This document shows positions 17,379-26,131 of a stretch of 64,000 bases of DNA, in pieces (the stretch's first letter is position 1; each line of letters begins with the position of its first letter). This stretch comes from a virus, in IMG/VR virus record IMGVR_UViG_3300031951_000028; one strand, written 5' to 3'. The notes under the pieces are model-generated. The model was not told where the DNA came from. It made no database searches and saw nothing but the letters and a program-made list of their open reading frames with translations. The translations under genes were made by a program, and so were the position numbers.

Positions 17379-18565
17379 TGAGTTATAATGTCTATGATGC
17401 CATCAAAGATTTGATGTTATTAGACCCATTTTATGGCAATCTATCCATTCAGTTAGATAAATATATGACTGAATCTGTAGATACTGCCTGCGTGTCCTTG
17501 AAAAAGGATAAGATGAATATTGATTTATTAGTAAGCCCAAAATATTGGGATAAACTTAGTAATAATTTACGTCTTGGTCTAATTAAGCATGAAATGCTTC
17601 ATGTGGCATTCTTTCATCTATTTCTTGTACCTGGATATGAAGATAAAAAATTATTCAATATTGCTGCTGATTTGTGCGTGAACCAATATATTGACGCAAA
17701 TCAAGTAGGTGATAACTGGATTACTTTTAAGTCTTTTCCAGACATATCTTTTAAACCAAAAGAAAGCACAGATTATTATTATAATGTTTTAGAACAAAAT
17801 AAAAATAATCCAACTGTAAAATCTTTATTAGACCATTTAAATGCTGGAAAACCAGCAGTATGTTCTCATAAAGGTTGGGAAGGTATTCAAGATGTACCAG
17901 AAGAAATGAGAGAATTGGCCAAAAAACAACTTGAGTATCAGATGAAAGATATTTTTGATAATATCTTAAATAAAAATAGAGGTTTATTACCCGGTCATTT
18001 GGCTGGTTTGATAGACAGTTTTGGAAAAATTCAGCCTCCTATATTAGATTGGAAGCAAGCTATACGTAGATTTGCTACTGGTTCTAATAAAATTAAGTTT
18101 AAGTTAAACAAAAACAAACTTAATAAAAGATATGAAGGTTGTGATTTTCCTGGCTCTATTATTAAAAGAAAGCGAAAATTACTTGTTGCAATAGATACTT
18201 CTGGTTCAGTTTCAGGAGAAGAATTAAAGCAATTCTTAACACAAATACATCATATTTGGCGAACTGATACTGAAATCGATATTATCCAATGCGATGCTAA
18301 AATCCAGAATATTGCTAAGTATACTGGTAAAACAGTAGATTTTAAAATATTTGGAAGAGGTGGTACTGCTTTTGACCCTCCAGTGCAATATTTAAATGAA
18401 AATAACTACAATGGTTTAATTTATTTTACTGATGGAGCAGGTAGCTGCAGTGTCAAAACATTAAAACCAATTCTATGGGTTATATCTGGAAGAAATCCAT
18501 CTCATTATGGAGTATCTCAGTATATAGACCAATTACCCGGAAAGAAAGTGTTTATAGAGAAATAA
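17378..18565 (+). CDS. Metallopeptidase-like (HExxH) + VWA domain protein, DUF2201-type, copy 2
   Basis: KHEMLH, NIAADLCVNQ, IDTSGSVS, QCDA, GRGGTAF, YFTDG. Confidence 0.9.
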   Translation: MSYNVYDAIKDLMLLDPFYGNLSIQLDKYMTESVDTACVSLKKDKMNIDLLVSPKYWDKLSNNLRLGLIKHEMLHVAFFHLFLVPGYEDKKLFNIAADLCVNQYIDANQVGDNWITFKSFPDISFKPKESTDYYYNVLEQNKNNPTVKSLLDHLNAGKPAVCSHKGWEGIQDVPEEMRELAKKQLEYQMKDIFDNILNKNRGLLPGHLAGLIDSFGKIQPPILDWKQAIRRFATGSNKIKFKLNKNKLNKRYEGCDFPGSIIKRKRKLLVAIDTSGSVSGEELKQFLTQIHHIWRTDTEIDIIQCDAKIQNIAKYTGKTVDFKIFGRGGTAFDPPVQYLNENNYNGLIYFTDGAGSCSVKTLKPILWVISGRNPSHYGVSQYIDQLPGKKVFIEK

Positions 18566-18566
18566 T

Positions 18567-18791
18567 ATGGATTTTAGAAAACATGTTGACGAACAGTTAG
18601 AGAAAAACAGACATAAAAAGAAAATAACCTCTGTTCATGAAGGTTATGGTCTTTTGATAGAAGAAGTAGATGAGTTTTTTGATGAAGTAAAAAAGAAAAC
18701 ATCTGTAAGATTTAGAGAAGATGTTGTAAAAGAACTCGCTCAAATAGCAGCAATGTGTGAACGTATCTATAATGATTTGTATAAAGGGTAA
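18567..18791 (+). CDS. MazG-like all-alpha NTP pyrophosphohydrolase-fold small protein
   Basis: S.HEGYGLLIEEVDE...KELAQIAAM (EExxE...E pattern). Confidence 0.6.
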   Translation: MDFRKHVDEQLEKNRHKKKITSVHEGYGLLIEEVDEFFDEVKKKTSVRFREDVVKELAQIAAMCERIYNDLYKG

Positions 18792-18796
18792 TAAAT

Positions 18797-19963
18797 ATGC
18801 ATAAAGTATCTGTCTCTTATAAGCCGTCTGAAGTCCGGAGCTTGCTCCAACATATTGTTAATAATAATCAATACTTGGTTGAAAATGATTTACAACCATT
18901 AGCTATTGAAATTGTTGGTGAGCCTGGAATTGGTAAGACAACTCTAGTAATAGATGAGGCAAAAAGATTAGGTTTAGATTATTATAAACTATCTATGTCT
19001 CAAACAGATGAATTATCTGATTTAGTTGGTTTTCCTATTCGTGAGTTTAAAACAAATACTGGAGAATGGATTAGTGAAAAACAGCTAAATTCTTCTCACG
19101 AATTAAGTGGTGAAGCTCGCACAGCATGGTGTCCACCTAAGTGGGTTCCAAATGATGAAAATAGTAAAGGAGTATTGATTCTAGACGATTGGACTCGTGC
19201 TGATTCTAGATTTGCTCAAGCCACAATGGAATTAATTGAGAAATCAGAATATATGAGCTGGAAATTGCCAAAGGGCTGGAGTATTGTATTAACAAGCAAT
19301 CCAGATAATGGTGATTATGCTGTTAATAGCCTAGATACTGCGCAAAAAACACGCTATCTCTCTATCAATATGAAATATGATAAGGATGATTGGGCGGAGT
19401 GGGCGGAAGCAAATAGTATTGACTCTCGTTGTATTAACTTTGTGCTTCTTAATCCTGAAGTTCTAGATGTAAATAAGAATTTGAACGCAAGAATTGTAAC
19501 TAAATTTTTCAATTCAATTTCATCTATTAGTTCTTTTAAGGGAAATCTTAGACTTATTAGAACTCTTGGAGAAGCCTCTGTTGGTTCAGATTTTGTTGAA
19601 AGATTCTTAGTCTTTATTAATAATGAGCAAGATAGAATTCCATCTCCTCATGAAATACTAACTCATGATAATGAAGAATATATTATTGGTAAAATTAAGC
19701 AGGTATCAGGAGATAGAGAAGACACTTCTTATAAAGCTGCGGTTGCCGGGACTATTGCTGCAAGATTAGTTAATTATATTAAATATTCAGTTACTGAACC
19801 TAAAAAGTTCAAGAAAAAGGCTTTTACTGAACGTATTAAGAATATAATGTTAGCTAAATTATTCCATGATGATACTAATTATTATCTAACAGCATCATTT
19901 TCTGTAATTCCTCAATTTGAAGCGTTCTTGCAAGATCCTCATATTAAGCAATTTATTAGGTAA
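18797..19963 (+). CDS. MoxR-like AAA+ ATPase, copy 2
   Basis: GEPGIGKT, LILDDWTRAD, LTSNPDNGDY; clear paralogue of 11666-12808. Confidence 0.9.
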   Translation: MHKVSVSYKPSEVRSLLQHIVNNNQYLVENDLQPLAIEIVGEPGIGKTTLVIDEAKRLGLDYYKLSMSQTDELSDLVGFPIREFKTNTGEWISEKQLNSSHELSGEARTAWCPPKWVPNDENSKGVLILDDWTRADSRFAQATMELIEKSEYMSWKLPKGWSIVLTSNPDNGDYAVNSLDTAQKTRYLSINMKYDKDDWAEWAEANSIDSRCINFVLLNPEVLDVNKNLNARIVTKFFNSISSISSFKGNLRLIRTLGEASVGSDFVERFLVFINNEQDRIPSPHEILTHDNEEYIIGKIKQVSGDREDTSYKAAVAGTIAARLVNYIKYSVTEPKKFKKKAFTERIKNIMLAKLFHDDTNYYLTASFSVIPQFEAFLQDPHIKQFIR

Positions 19964-19967
19964 TAAA

Positions 19968-20774
19968 ATGGACTATAAAAATCATTTTATAATTATACCA
20001 AATGAAAAAGCAAGATTAGCCCTCAGATGGTATGGAAGTAGTTCACAAACAGAGTCATCACGCTATGGTACGCCTTTGATAGAACAAGAATTAAATGACG
20101 CTTTAACAGAAGTATCCAAGAGAAAAATTGATATTACAAATAAAACAATTTTTTTCTTAAATGGTATTGAAATAAAGCAAGAATTATATAAAAAAAATTA
20201 TAATCTTAAAACTACTAAAGACCCCGAAAAAGCTGATTATATTGTCTTTGGTCAAAGACATATTCATAAAAATTATTGGGGATATGGATATTACCATATA
20301 AATAAAAATATTATTGATATATGTAAAAAATATCATGATAAGTTTTTAGATTATAGAAACATTATGGCTGCGGCAACTAAACAACAAACTTTAACTCATG
20401 AAAATGCGTTAAAACTTTTTAGAATGTCGTGTGCTGAAGATGATGTAAATGCTAAATTATTAAAAACATTAGTAATTGATATAGATTATAATGAATATCC
20501 TCTTCTTATGTCAATTTTATTAAGGAAAATAAGAACTAGAACGAGTGATGGAATATTTTTAAATTATTACAATCAATTTAGAGCAAGTAGTGCCTATATA
20601 AATTTAGGTAATGTATATTCTAACCATATTGATTTAAAATGGATAATTGATAATGTTGGTGCAAAAGATTTAGAATTGGTTATTGGCTTATTTAATGAGC
20701 AAATACCAGACTTTCAATTAGTCAGAAAGAATCCAGCACCGGCTTTGACTGAAACTAATAAATGGGATTTATGA
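19968..20774 (+). CDS. Hypothetical protein with putative BRCT-like module
   Basis: KTIFFLNG...YNLKTTKDPEKADYIVFG resembles the BRCT beta1 and 'ktdylv.G' segments. Confidence 0.55.
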   Translation: MDYKNHFIIIPNEKARLALRWYGSSSQTESSRYGTPLIEQELNDALTEVSKRKIDITNKTIFFLNGIEIKQELYKKNYNLKTTKDPEKADYIVFGQRHIHKNYWGYGYYHINKNIIDICKKYHDKFLDYRNIMAAATKQQTLTHENALKLFRMSCAEDDVNAKLLKTLVIDIDYNEYPLLMSILLRKIRTRTSDGIFLNYYNQFRASSAYINLGNVYSNHIDLKWIIDNVGAKDLELVIGLFNEQIPDFQLVRKNPAPALTETNKWDL

Positions 20775-21133
20775 TATATATAGTAAATCATTCTATTAAA
20801 AAAGGCACTGAAATTATTTTAAAAAATAAATTACATTATTCTAAGAAAATTTCAGGTATATATGAAGATTTAACTAAAAATAAAGTAGACTCTAGGTATA
20901 TTTATATTGCTTATGATGGAGATATACCTATCGGTTGTGCTTTATCTAGTACTAATGCGACAGCAATGGTTTTCATATCGCCTAAATATAGGCGTAAAGG
21001 TTTAGGTACTTTATTAATTACAAAATTATGCGAAGAAAACAAAAAAAATTATTTTCTTTCTGTAGACAAAACCAGTTCAAAAAGTAAAAAACATTTTTGG
21101 GATTATGTTAAAAATAAGATATATAAATGTTGA
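20771..21133 (+). CDS. GNAT-family N-acetyltransferase
   Basis: VFISPKYRRKGLGTLL acetyl-CoA motif A. Confidence 0.85.
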   Translation: MIYIVNHSIKKGTEIILKNKLHYSKKISGIYEDLTKNKVDSRYIYIAYDGDIPIGCALSSTNATAMVFISPKYRRKGLGTLLITKLCEENKKNYFLSVDKTSSKSKKHFWDYVKNKIYKC

Positions 21134-21377
21134 ATGTGATAAATGTGGCGAAGTTATTTTACCTTATAATAAAATTATAGAATGTCGATGTGGACAAAAA
21201 ATTAAATATACTTATAAAGTAGAAAAAAGCCCAATGGATTTAGCATTTTCAACACTAATATCTTTAGGTTATTCTAACAATGAAATTAGAAATGCGATAC
21301 ATAACTCATACTTTTTGACACCTCAAGATATGATTGAGCATGTAAAAAAATATGTTAATAGGACAAAACAAGGTTAA
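21105..21377 (+). CDS. Zinc ribbon fused to RuvA C-terminal (domain III)-like helix bundle
   Basis: CDKCG...CRCG followed by DLAFSTLISLGYSNNEIRNAI (cf. RuvA_C EA..AL.ALGY...EA..AV); overlaps ruvB. Confidence 0.7.
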   Translation: MLKIRYINVECDKCGEVILPYNKIIECRCGQKIKYTYKVEKSPMDLAFSTLISLGYSNNEIRNAIHNSYFLTPQDMIEHVKKYVNRTKQG

Positions 21378-22212
21378 AAAACAAATAGAGTTAATAACTC
21401 AAAATGAATTTAAACCGACTTTAATATGCGGGCCGAGCGGTTATGGTAAAACCACGTTCGCCAGCTATATTTCAGAATCATTAAATCAAGATATTACGGT
21501 GATAAATTGCGCAACAAAAACAAACAAGCAGGATATTATCAAAGATATCCTTAGAGTGTCAAAATATTCTTGTGTATTATTAGATGAGATTCATTCATTA
21601 CCTAATTCTTACCAGGAAATAGTTTATTCTTTTTTGGATAAGCAGCAAATAAATTTTAATAAATTAAAATTGGACGTTTCAACTATTAATTTTATAGGAG
21701 CGACAACCGATGAAGGCTCTTTACTAGAGCCTCTCTTAAATAGATTTGTTTATAAACTTAGATTAGATAATTATACTGATGATGATTTAGGTCATATTAT
21801 TTATAATTATTTACAGCAAGCATATAATAAAGACGATTGTTTTGCTTTAGGTAAAACAGCTAGAGGTTGCCCACGTGTTGCAATAGCCAGAGCTAATGCT
21901 TTTAAAATCAGTAAAAGTTTAAGTAATTTTTTTGAATATTGGGATGTTTCTCCAGAAGGTTTTGAAAAGCCAGATTATCAATATTTAGAATTATTGCGAG
22001 ACAATTATCCAAAACCAGTCTCTCTTAAAACAATAGAACAAAAATTAAAAATGTCTTCTGATTCTGTAGTTAATAATATTGAATCTTTTTTGATTCATAA
22101 AGACTTAATTATAAAATCTTCTAAGGGTAGAGAGCTGACTAGAAAAGGGTTGGATTTTATGAATATTGATAATATTGATAAATTTCTACAAAACGATTTA
22201 AGCTGGTTATAA
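21352..22212 (+). CDS. ruvB: Holliday junction branch-migration ATPase RuvB
   Basis: IGQ..VK, GPSGYGKTT, LDEIH, IGATT..G.L..PL..RF, ARGCPRVA, IE.FL......GR. Confidence 0.92.
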   Translation: MLIGQNKVKKQIELITQNEFKPTLICGPSGYGKTTFASYISESLNQDITVINCATKTNKQDIIKDILRVSKYSCVLLDEIHSLPNSYQEIVYSFLDKQQINFNKLKLDVSTINFIGATTDEGSLLEPLLNRFVYKLRLDNYTDDDLGHIIYNYLQQAYNKDDCFALGKTARGCPRVAIARANAFKISKSLSNFFEYWDVSPEGFEKPDYQYLELLRDNYPKPVSLKTIEQKLKMSSDSVVNNIESFLIHKDLIIKSSKGRELTRKGLDFMNIDNIDKFLQNDLSWL

Positions 22213-22231
22213 AATAACGCGCCTGCTTCGC

Positions 22232-22287
22232 AAAAACGGCCCGTCTGCGCATTTCTTTTGAGATTGCGTGGTCCGGGCCGTTTTTTT
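22232..22287 (+). terminator. Long GC-rich stem-loop followed by a T-tract (possibly bidirectional intrinsic terminator)
   Basis: AAAAACGGCCCG (22232-22243) / CGGGCCGTTTTT (22274-22285) perfect inverted repeat with further inner pairing. Confidence 0.75.
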
Positions 22288-22629
22288 ATGTAAACGCATT
22301 ATAAACGAAATTTGGAGTTTTATGAATATTTTTATTCTTAAAGAAGATTTTTTCTTGTTAACTAAAATCTTTCTTACATTCCCTAAATCTTACATAATTT
22401 TTAACAGTTCTTATCTATATCCTTCAGATCATGCATTATTATCGTTACTAAATAAAATATATAGTAGATATTCCAAGATATATTTTAAAGAATATGTTAA
22501 ACAACAAGAATATTCTTTACACGCCTTTGAATTAAAATTACTTAAAAGTATTAGTGAAGCTCGTCATGCTTGGGTGTCAAGCCAAATTCTCCCTTCTCAA
22601 TCTAAACTTTTCTTTAAATTGGTGGTCGA

Positions 22630-22959
22630 ATGAAAACAAAAATGAAAAAGAAACAAATAATAGTTGATCATATGTTTATTCAAGAATTATGTCATTTTAA
22701 TTCTATTAGAGAAGCATTAACTTATTACGCGCAAATATATATAAGTGGGTATGATAAATTAGATTATGATGATTTTAACGATTTGATTGCTTGTAAAACG
22801 CGAGAAGAAACTGATGAAGAGTTTAATAAACGTATAAAGAATGAAAAAGAAAAAAGAGCAAAACGCAATGCACAAATTAAAAGAGAAAAAGAGCAACAAA
22901 AAGAAAAAAGACGCGAGCAATATGAAAAATTAAAAAAGGAATTTGAAGATGAAGCCTGA
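22630..22959 (+). CDS. Coiled-coil hypothetical protein, paralogue of the next gene
   Basis: ACKTREETDEE...YEKLKKEFE. Confidence 0.8.
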   Translation: MKTKMKKKQIIVDHMFIQELCHFNSIREALTYYAQIYISGYDKLDYDDFNDLIACKTREETDEEFNKRIKNEKEKRAKRNAQIKREKEQQKEKRREQYEKLKKEFEDEA

Positions 22960-23239
22960 AAAAATAATAAAAATGTTTGAAGAAAAATATCTAGATTTAG
23001 AAGGAGATATTAAAGATGCGTTGATAACACTATCTAAATTATTAGGTGAAGGTTTTACTAAAATAGATACTGAATACGATGATGATACTAAAAAATTCTA
23101 TGCGTGTAAATACAGAGAAGAAACTGATGCGGAATATGAAGAAAGAATGCAATCAGAAGAAAAACAAAGACAAAGAACTTTATATTATGAAAAACAGATG
23201 TATGAAAAATTGAAGAAAAAATTTGAAAATGAGGGATGA
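22943..23239 (+). CDS. Coiled-coil hypothetical protein, paralogue of the previous gene
   Basis: ACKYREETDAE...YEKLKKKFE. Confidence 0.8.
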   Translation: MKMKPEKIIKMFEEKYLDLEGDIKDALITLSKLLGEGFTKIDTEYDDDTKKFYACKYREETDAEYEERMQSEEKQRQRTLYYEKQMYEKLKKKFENEG

Positions 23240-24377
23240 AAATGTCAAGAGTTGACGATCAGTTTAATTCTGGAGTTTTATGTACAATTTGTATAGTTTT
23301 ATTTTTTCTTATTGAAATAATGATAGTTTATACTACTCATTGTATTACTCATTATCAAATTTGGAATGAGGCTGTGCATTATGGCCACGCTATAAAAATT
23401 AAAACAAATGAAGGTGATTCTTTTATTTGGAAAAAAGCTGAAGAGGTAAAAGAATGATAAAATGTTATGATGTAACTATTAAAATACTCCATAAAAAACA
23501 TTTACCATCTATATTAAAAAAAAATAATATTGAAAATTTATTAGTTCCGTTTTTTGAACCTGATAAAGATATAAATGAAATAATAAAACGTATGGTTCAG
23601 TATGCTCCTGAGAGTGAAAATATATGTTATTGTTTTTATGAAAATAATGAATGGGGTTTTGTTTGTTTTAAGGATGATGAGGTTTAAAAATGTTTACTGT
23701 TGATGAAGCTAGAGAGTTCCTATTAAAGGCTCATATTTGTTTTGGTGTTGATGAAGATGGTATTTATGATGAAGCAGAAAACGACCCAAAGTGGAATCAA
23801 ACAATTAATTTAAATGACGCTATGCATTGGGCTATGTCAGATATGCAATATATAGAAGATGAAGAATTACCTAGAGTTGCACGATTGTTTTGGTTATATG
23901 GTTGGGCCGGTATTTTATATTGGGTTTGTAAAGAAAAGCGTAAAAATGAAATGCCAACATTTGAAGACGCAAAAAGACAAATTCAATTTGTTGAAAACGA
24001 AGAAAATATAATGAAAGAATGTCCAGAGTCTTCTAAGAGAGCTTACTTAAAGAGACAGTATACTATAGGATAAATTTAATTATGATAAAAATTACTAAAA
24101 AAGGTGATAGCAATATTACTCATATCAAAATGGTTGATATGTTAAATTATCCAAATGAAGTATTTCAAGAATATTCTAAAGGGAAGCCTCAAGAATGGTA
24201 TTTTATTAATCCTGGAATTAACGAAAAAAATCTTATTGTTATTTGGTATGATGATGAAGATAAGGAATACAAGTTATCGACTGAAGATAAAAAAGGATTA
24301 AAAGAATATAATTCTTTTGTTACTGCGGTAAAAGTCACTGACAATATTGATATTTCAATTAATATTGAGAAAAAATA

Positions 24378-24635
24378 ATGGAAAATATAGAATTTACTTT
24401 TAAAGTGTATGATGAACCTTTTTTTAAATTATCCGCAAGAAAAAATTTTCCAAATAGATGGGGCGTAAGTATTATATTAGGTAAATATACTTATGGAGGT
24501 TGCCAATTATTATGGGAATTAGCAGTTCTTTATGATGATGAGATAAATTATACATCTATGTTGACTTCTGATGTAATAGGATATTTGACTATGACTGAAG
24601 TACAAGAACTTACAAAACAAGTAGCTAGTTGGTAG
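24378..24635 (+). CDS. Conserved phage hypothetical protein (GVS...YGG...ELAVL...DVIGYL family)
   Basis: Motif pattern. Confidence 0.7.
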   Translation: MENIEFTFKVYDEPFFKLSARKNFPNRWGVSIILGKYTYGGCQLLWELAVLYDDEINYTSMLTSDVIGYLTMTEVQELTKQVASW

Positions 24636-24643
24636 AATATAAA

Positions 24644-25063
24644 ATGTATAAATTTAGAATTTGGGATAAAACTAATAAAGTTTTTGTGTATATGGATTTT
24701 CACCGTATTAAAGCGCAAAACGTCAACAGATATACAGATGGTAAAATTCGCTTACAATTAGAGTTTAAATATACAAATCAATTTGCTCCAGAAGTTAAAA
24801 ATTTACATCAACAAGAAGATAATTATGTGATTCAAATTTATACTGGGAAAAAAGATAAGCATGGTAAAGAAATCTATGAAGGAGATATAATTGAATGCTA
24901 TCATTGGTTTGATGGATTAGAATCAAAAGCAACAGAAAAATCTAAAATACCAGTCACATGTTCTATTAGTAGTTCTTTAGACCCAGAATATTCCACTTGT
25001 TATGATGGTGTCGACCATTTTGAAGATATAGAAATTATTGGGCACATTTTTGAAGAAAAATAA
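24644..25063 (+). CDS. YopX family protein
   Basis: KFRIWDK...YTGKKDKHGKEIYEGDII...EIIGHIFE. Confidence 0.9.
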   Translation: MYKFRIWDKTNKVFVYMDFHRIKAQNVNRYTDGKIRLQLEFKYTNQFAPEVKNLHQQEDNYVIQIYTGKKDKHGKEIYEGDIIECYHWFDGLESKATEKSKIPVTCSISSSLDPEYSTCYDGVDHFEDIEIIGHIFEEK

Positions 25064-25065
25064 AT

Positions 25066-25395
25066 ATGTTTATTACATTTATACAAAATAATCCTGGCGG
25101 AAAATTTATTGGACCTACAACTGTAGTTATTGAGGGAAATTCTTATGCTGATATATTAGATAGCGCAGAAGATTATGGAATTTATTTTGATGGAGTAGAA
25201 GAAGGCACTGATTGTAAATGTTGTGGTGATAGATGGAATTGTCCAAGCGAATCAAAAATGAATAAAAATATAATGTTTTATGGTAAAGAAATTGATATGT
25301 TAAAAAGCTACATAATTTTTGGAAAAAATTTATTTTTAAATTCTGAAGGTAATCGTGATTTTATAATAATCCCAAAAAATAAAAATGAAAAGTAA
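25066..25395 (+). CDS. Conserved phage protein (QNN.GG.F...GIYFDGV...DC.CCGDRW)
   Basis: Motif pattern. Confidence 0.75.
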   Translation: MFITFIQNNPGGKFIGPTTVVIEGNSYADILDSAEDYGIYFDGVEEGTDCKCCGDRWNCPSESKMNKNIMFYGKEIDMLKSYIIFGKNLFLNSEGNRDFIIIPKNKNEK

Positions 25396-25583
25396 AATTT
25401 ATTGCCCGCGCTCTGGTTGTGGCAAAGCAAATGGGGCCGCTCCGCCATGTCCAGTGAAGTGTAAAAATTGTGGATATGGTACTTATGAAAAACCTTATGT
25501 ATTAACTAATGTTGACAAAATTTGTATAAAATGTAAATATTGCTTATCGTGTGGAAGAATTAGTAAAAAAGAGTATTATAATA

Positions 25584-25955
25584 ATGTATGAGAATTATAG
25601 TGGTCCAGGCAAAAGTGAAAAAATATTTATAATATCTATTATCATATTATCATTTTTATTCAATTTTTTATTAATGTGTAATATCATTTCCATTCTAAAT
25701 AGGAATGAGAATTTTGGTGGTATACCGATATTATTATTTATATATATAATAATGGGGGTATTTCTGGGTAATTTAATACCTATATATAATGTGGTATCTA
25801 AAGATTATATAGAAGAGATGTGTTTTTTTAAGTTGCGTATAATTAAGCCCACCCACAACACTCATATTCCTTTAACCATAGGAATGAGTTATTCTCATAC
25901 TAACATTATCGTTCATTTAAAACCCTTACCAAGTTATTTTCTGCAAAATTCTTAA
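25584..25955 (+). CDS. Two-TM membrane protein
   Basis: Two hydrophobic stretches. Confidence 0.55.
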   Translation: MYENYSGPGKSEKIFIISIIILSFLFNFLLMCNIISILNRNENFGGIPILLFIYIIMGVFLGNLIPIYNVVSKDYIEEMCFFKLRIIKPTHNTHIPLTIGMSYSHTNIIVHLKPLPSYFLQNS

Positions 25956-25980
25956 ATTTCTTATTTTCTTTGTTAAATTA

Positions 25981-26080
25981 GAGCAGTTCTCTTTATAATA
26001 TCTATGTCGCCCCGTCGAGCGTTATAGTATATATACTACATTTCCCTGGCGGACTGTAAGTATTATAAAGACAAGTGCTC
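25981..26080. repeat. About 100-bp concentric imperfect palindrome in the largest intergenic gap of this region
   Basis: GAGCAGTTCTCTTTATAATA pairs with TATTATAAAGACAAGTGCTC (18/20); inner GTCGCC/GGCGGAC; central perfect palindrome TAGTATATATACTA (26025-26038). Confidence 0.8.
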
Positions 26081-26131
26081 CATATTTTCAAAAAATATTG
26101 TCTATTTTAAAAAAATAAAGGAAAAAATAAA

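Noticed and set aside
22268-22320. GTG start extension of ORF 22268-22633
   Set aside because: It lies within the terminator hairpin; the ATG at about 22322 after GGAG is the more plausible start.
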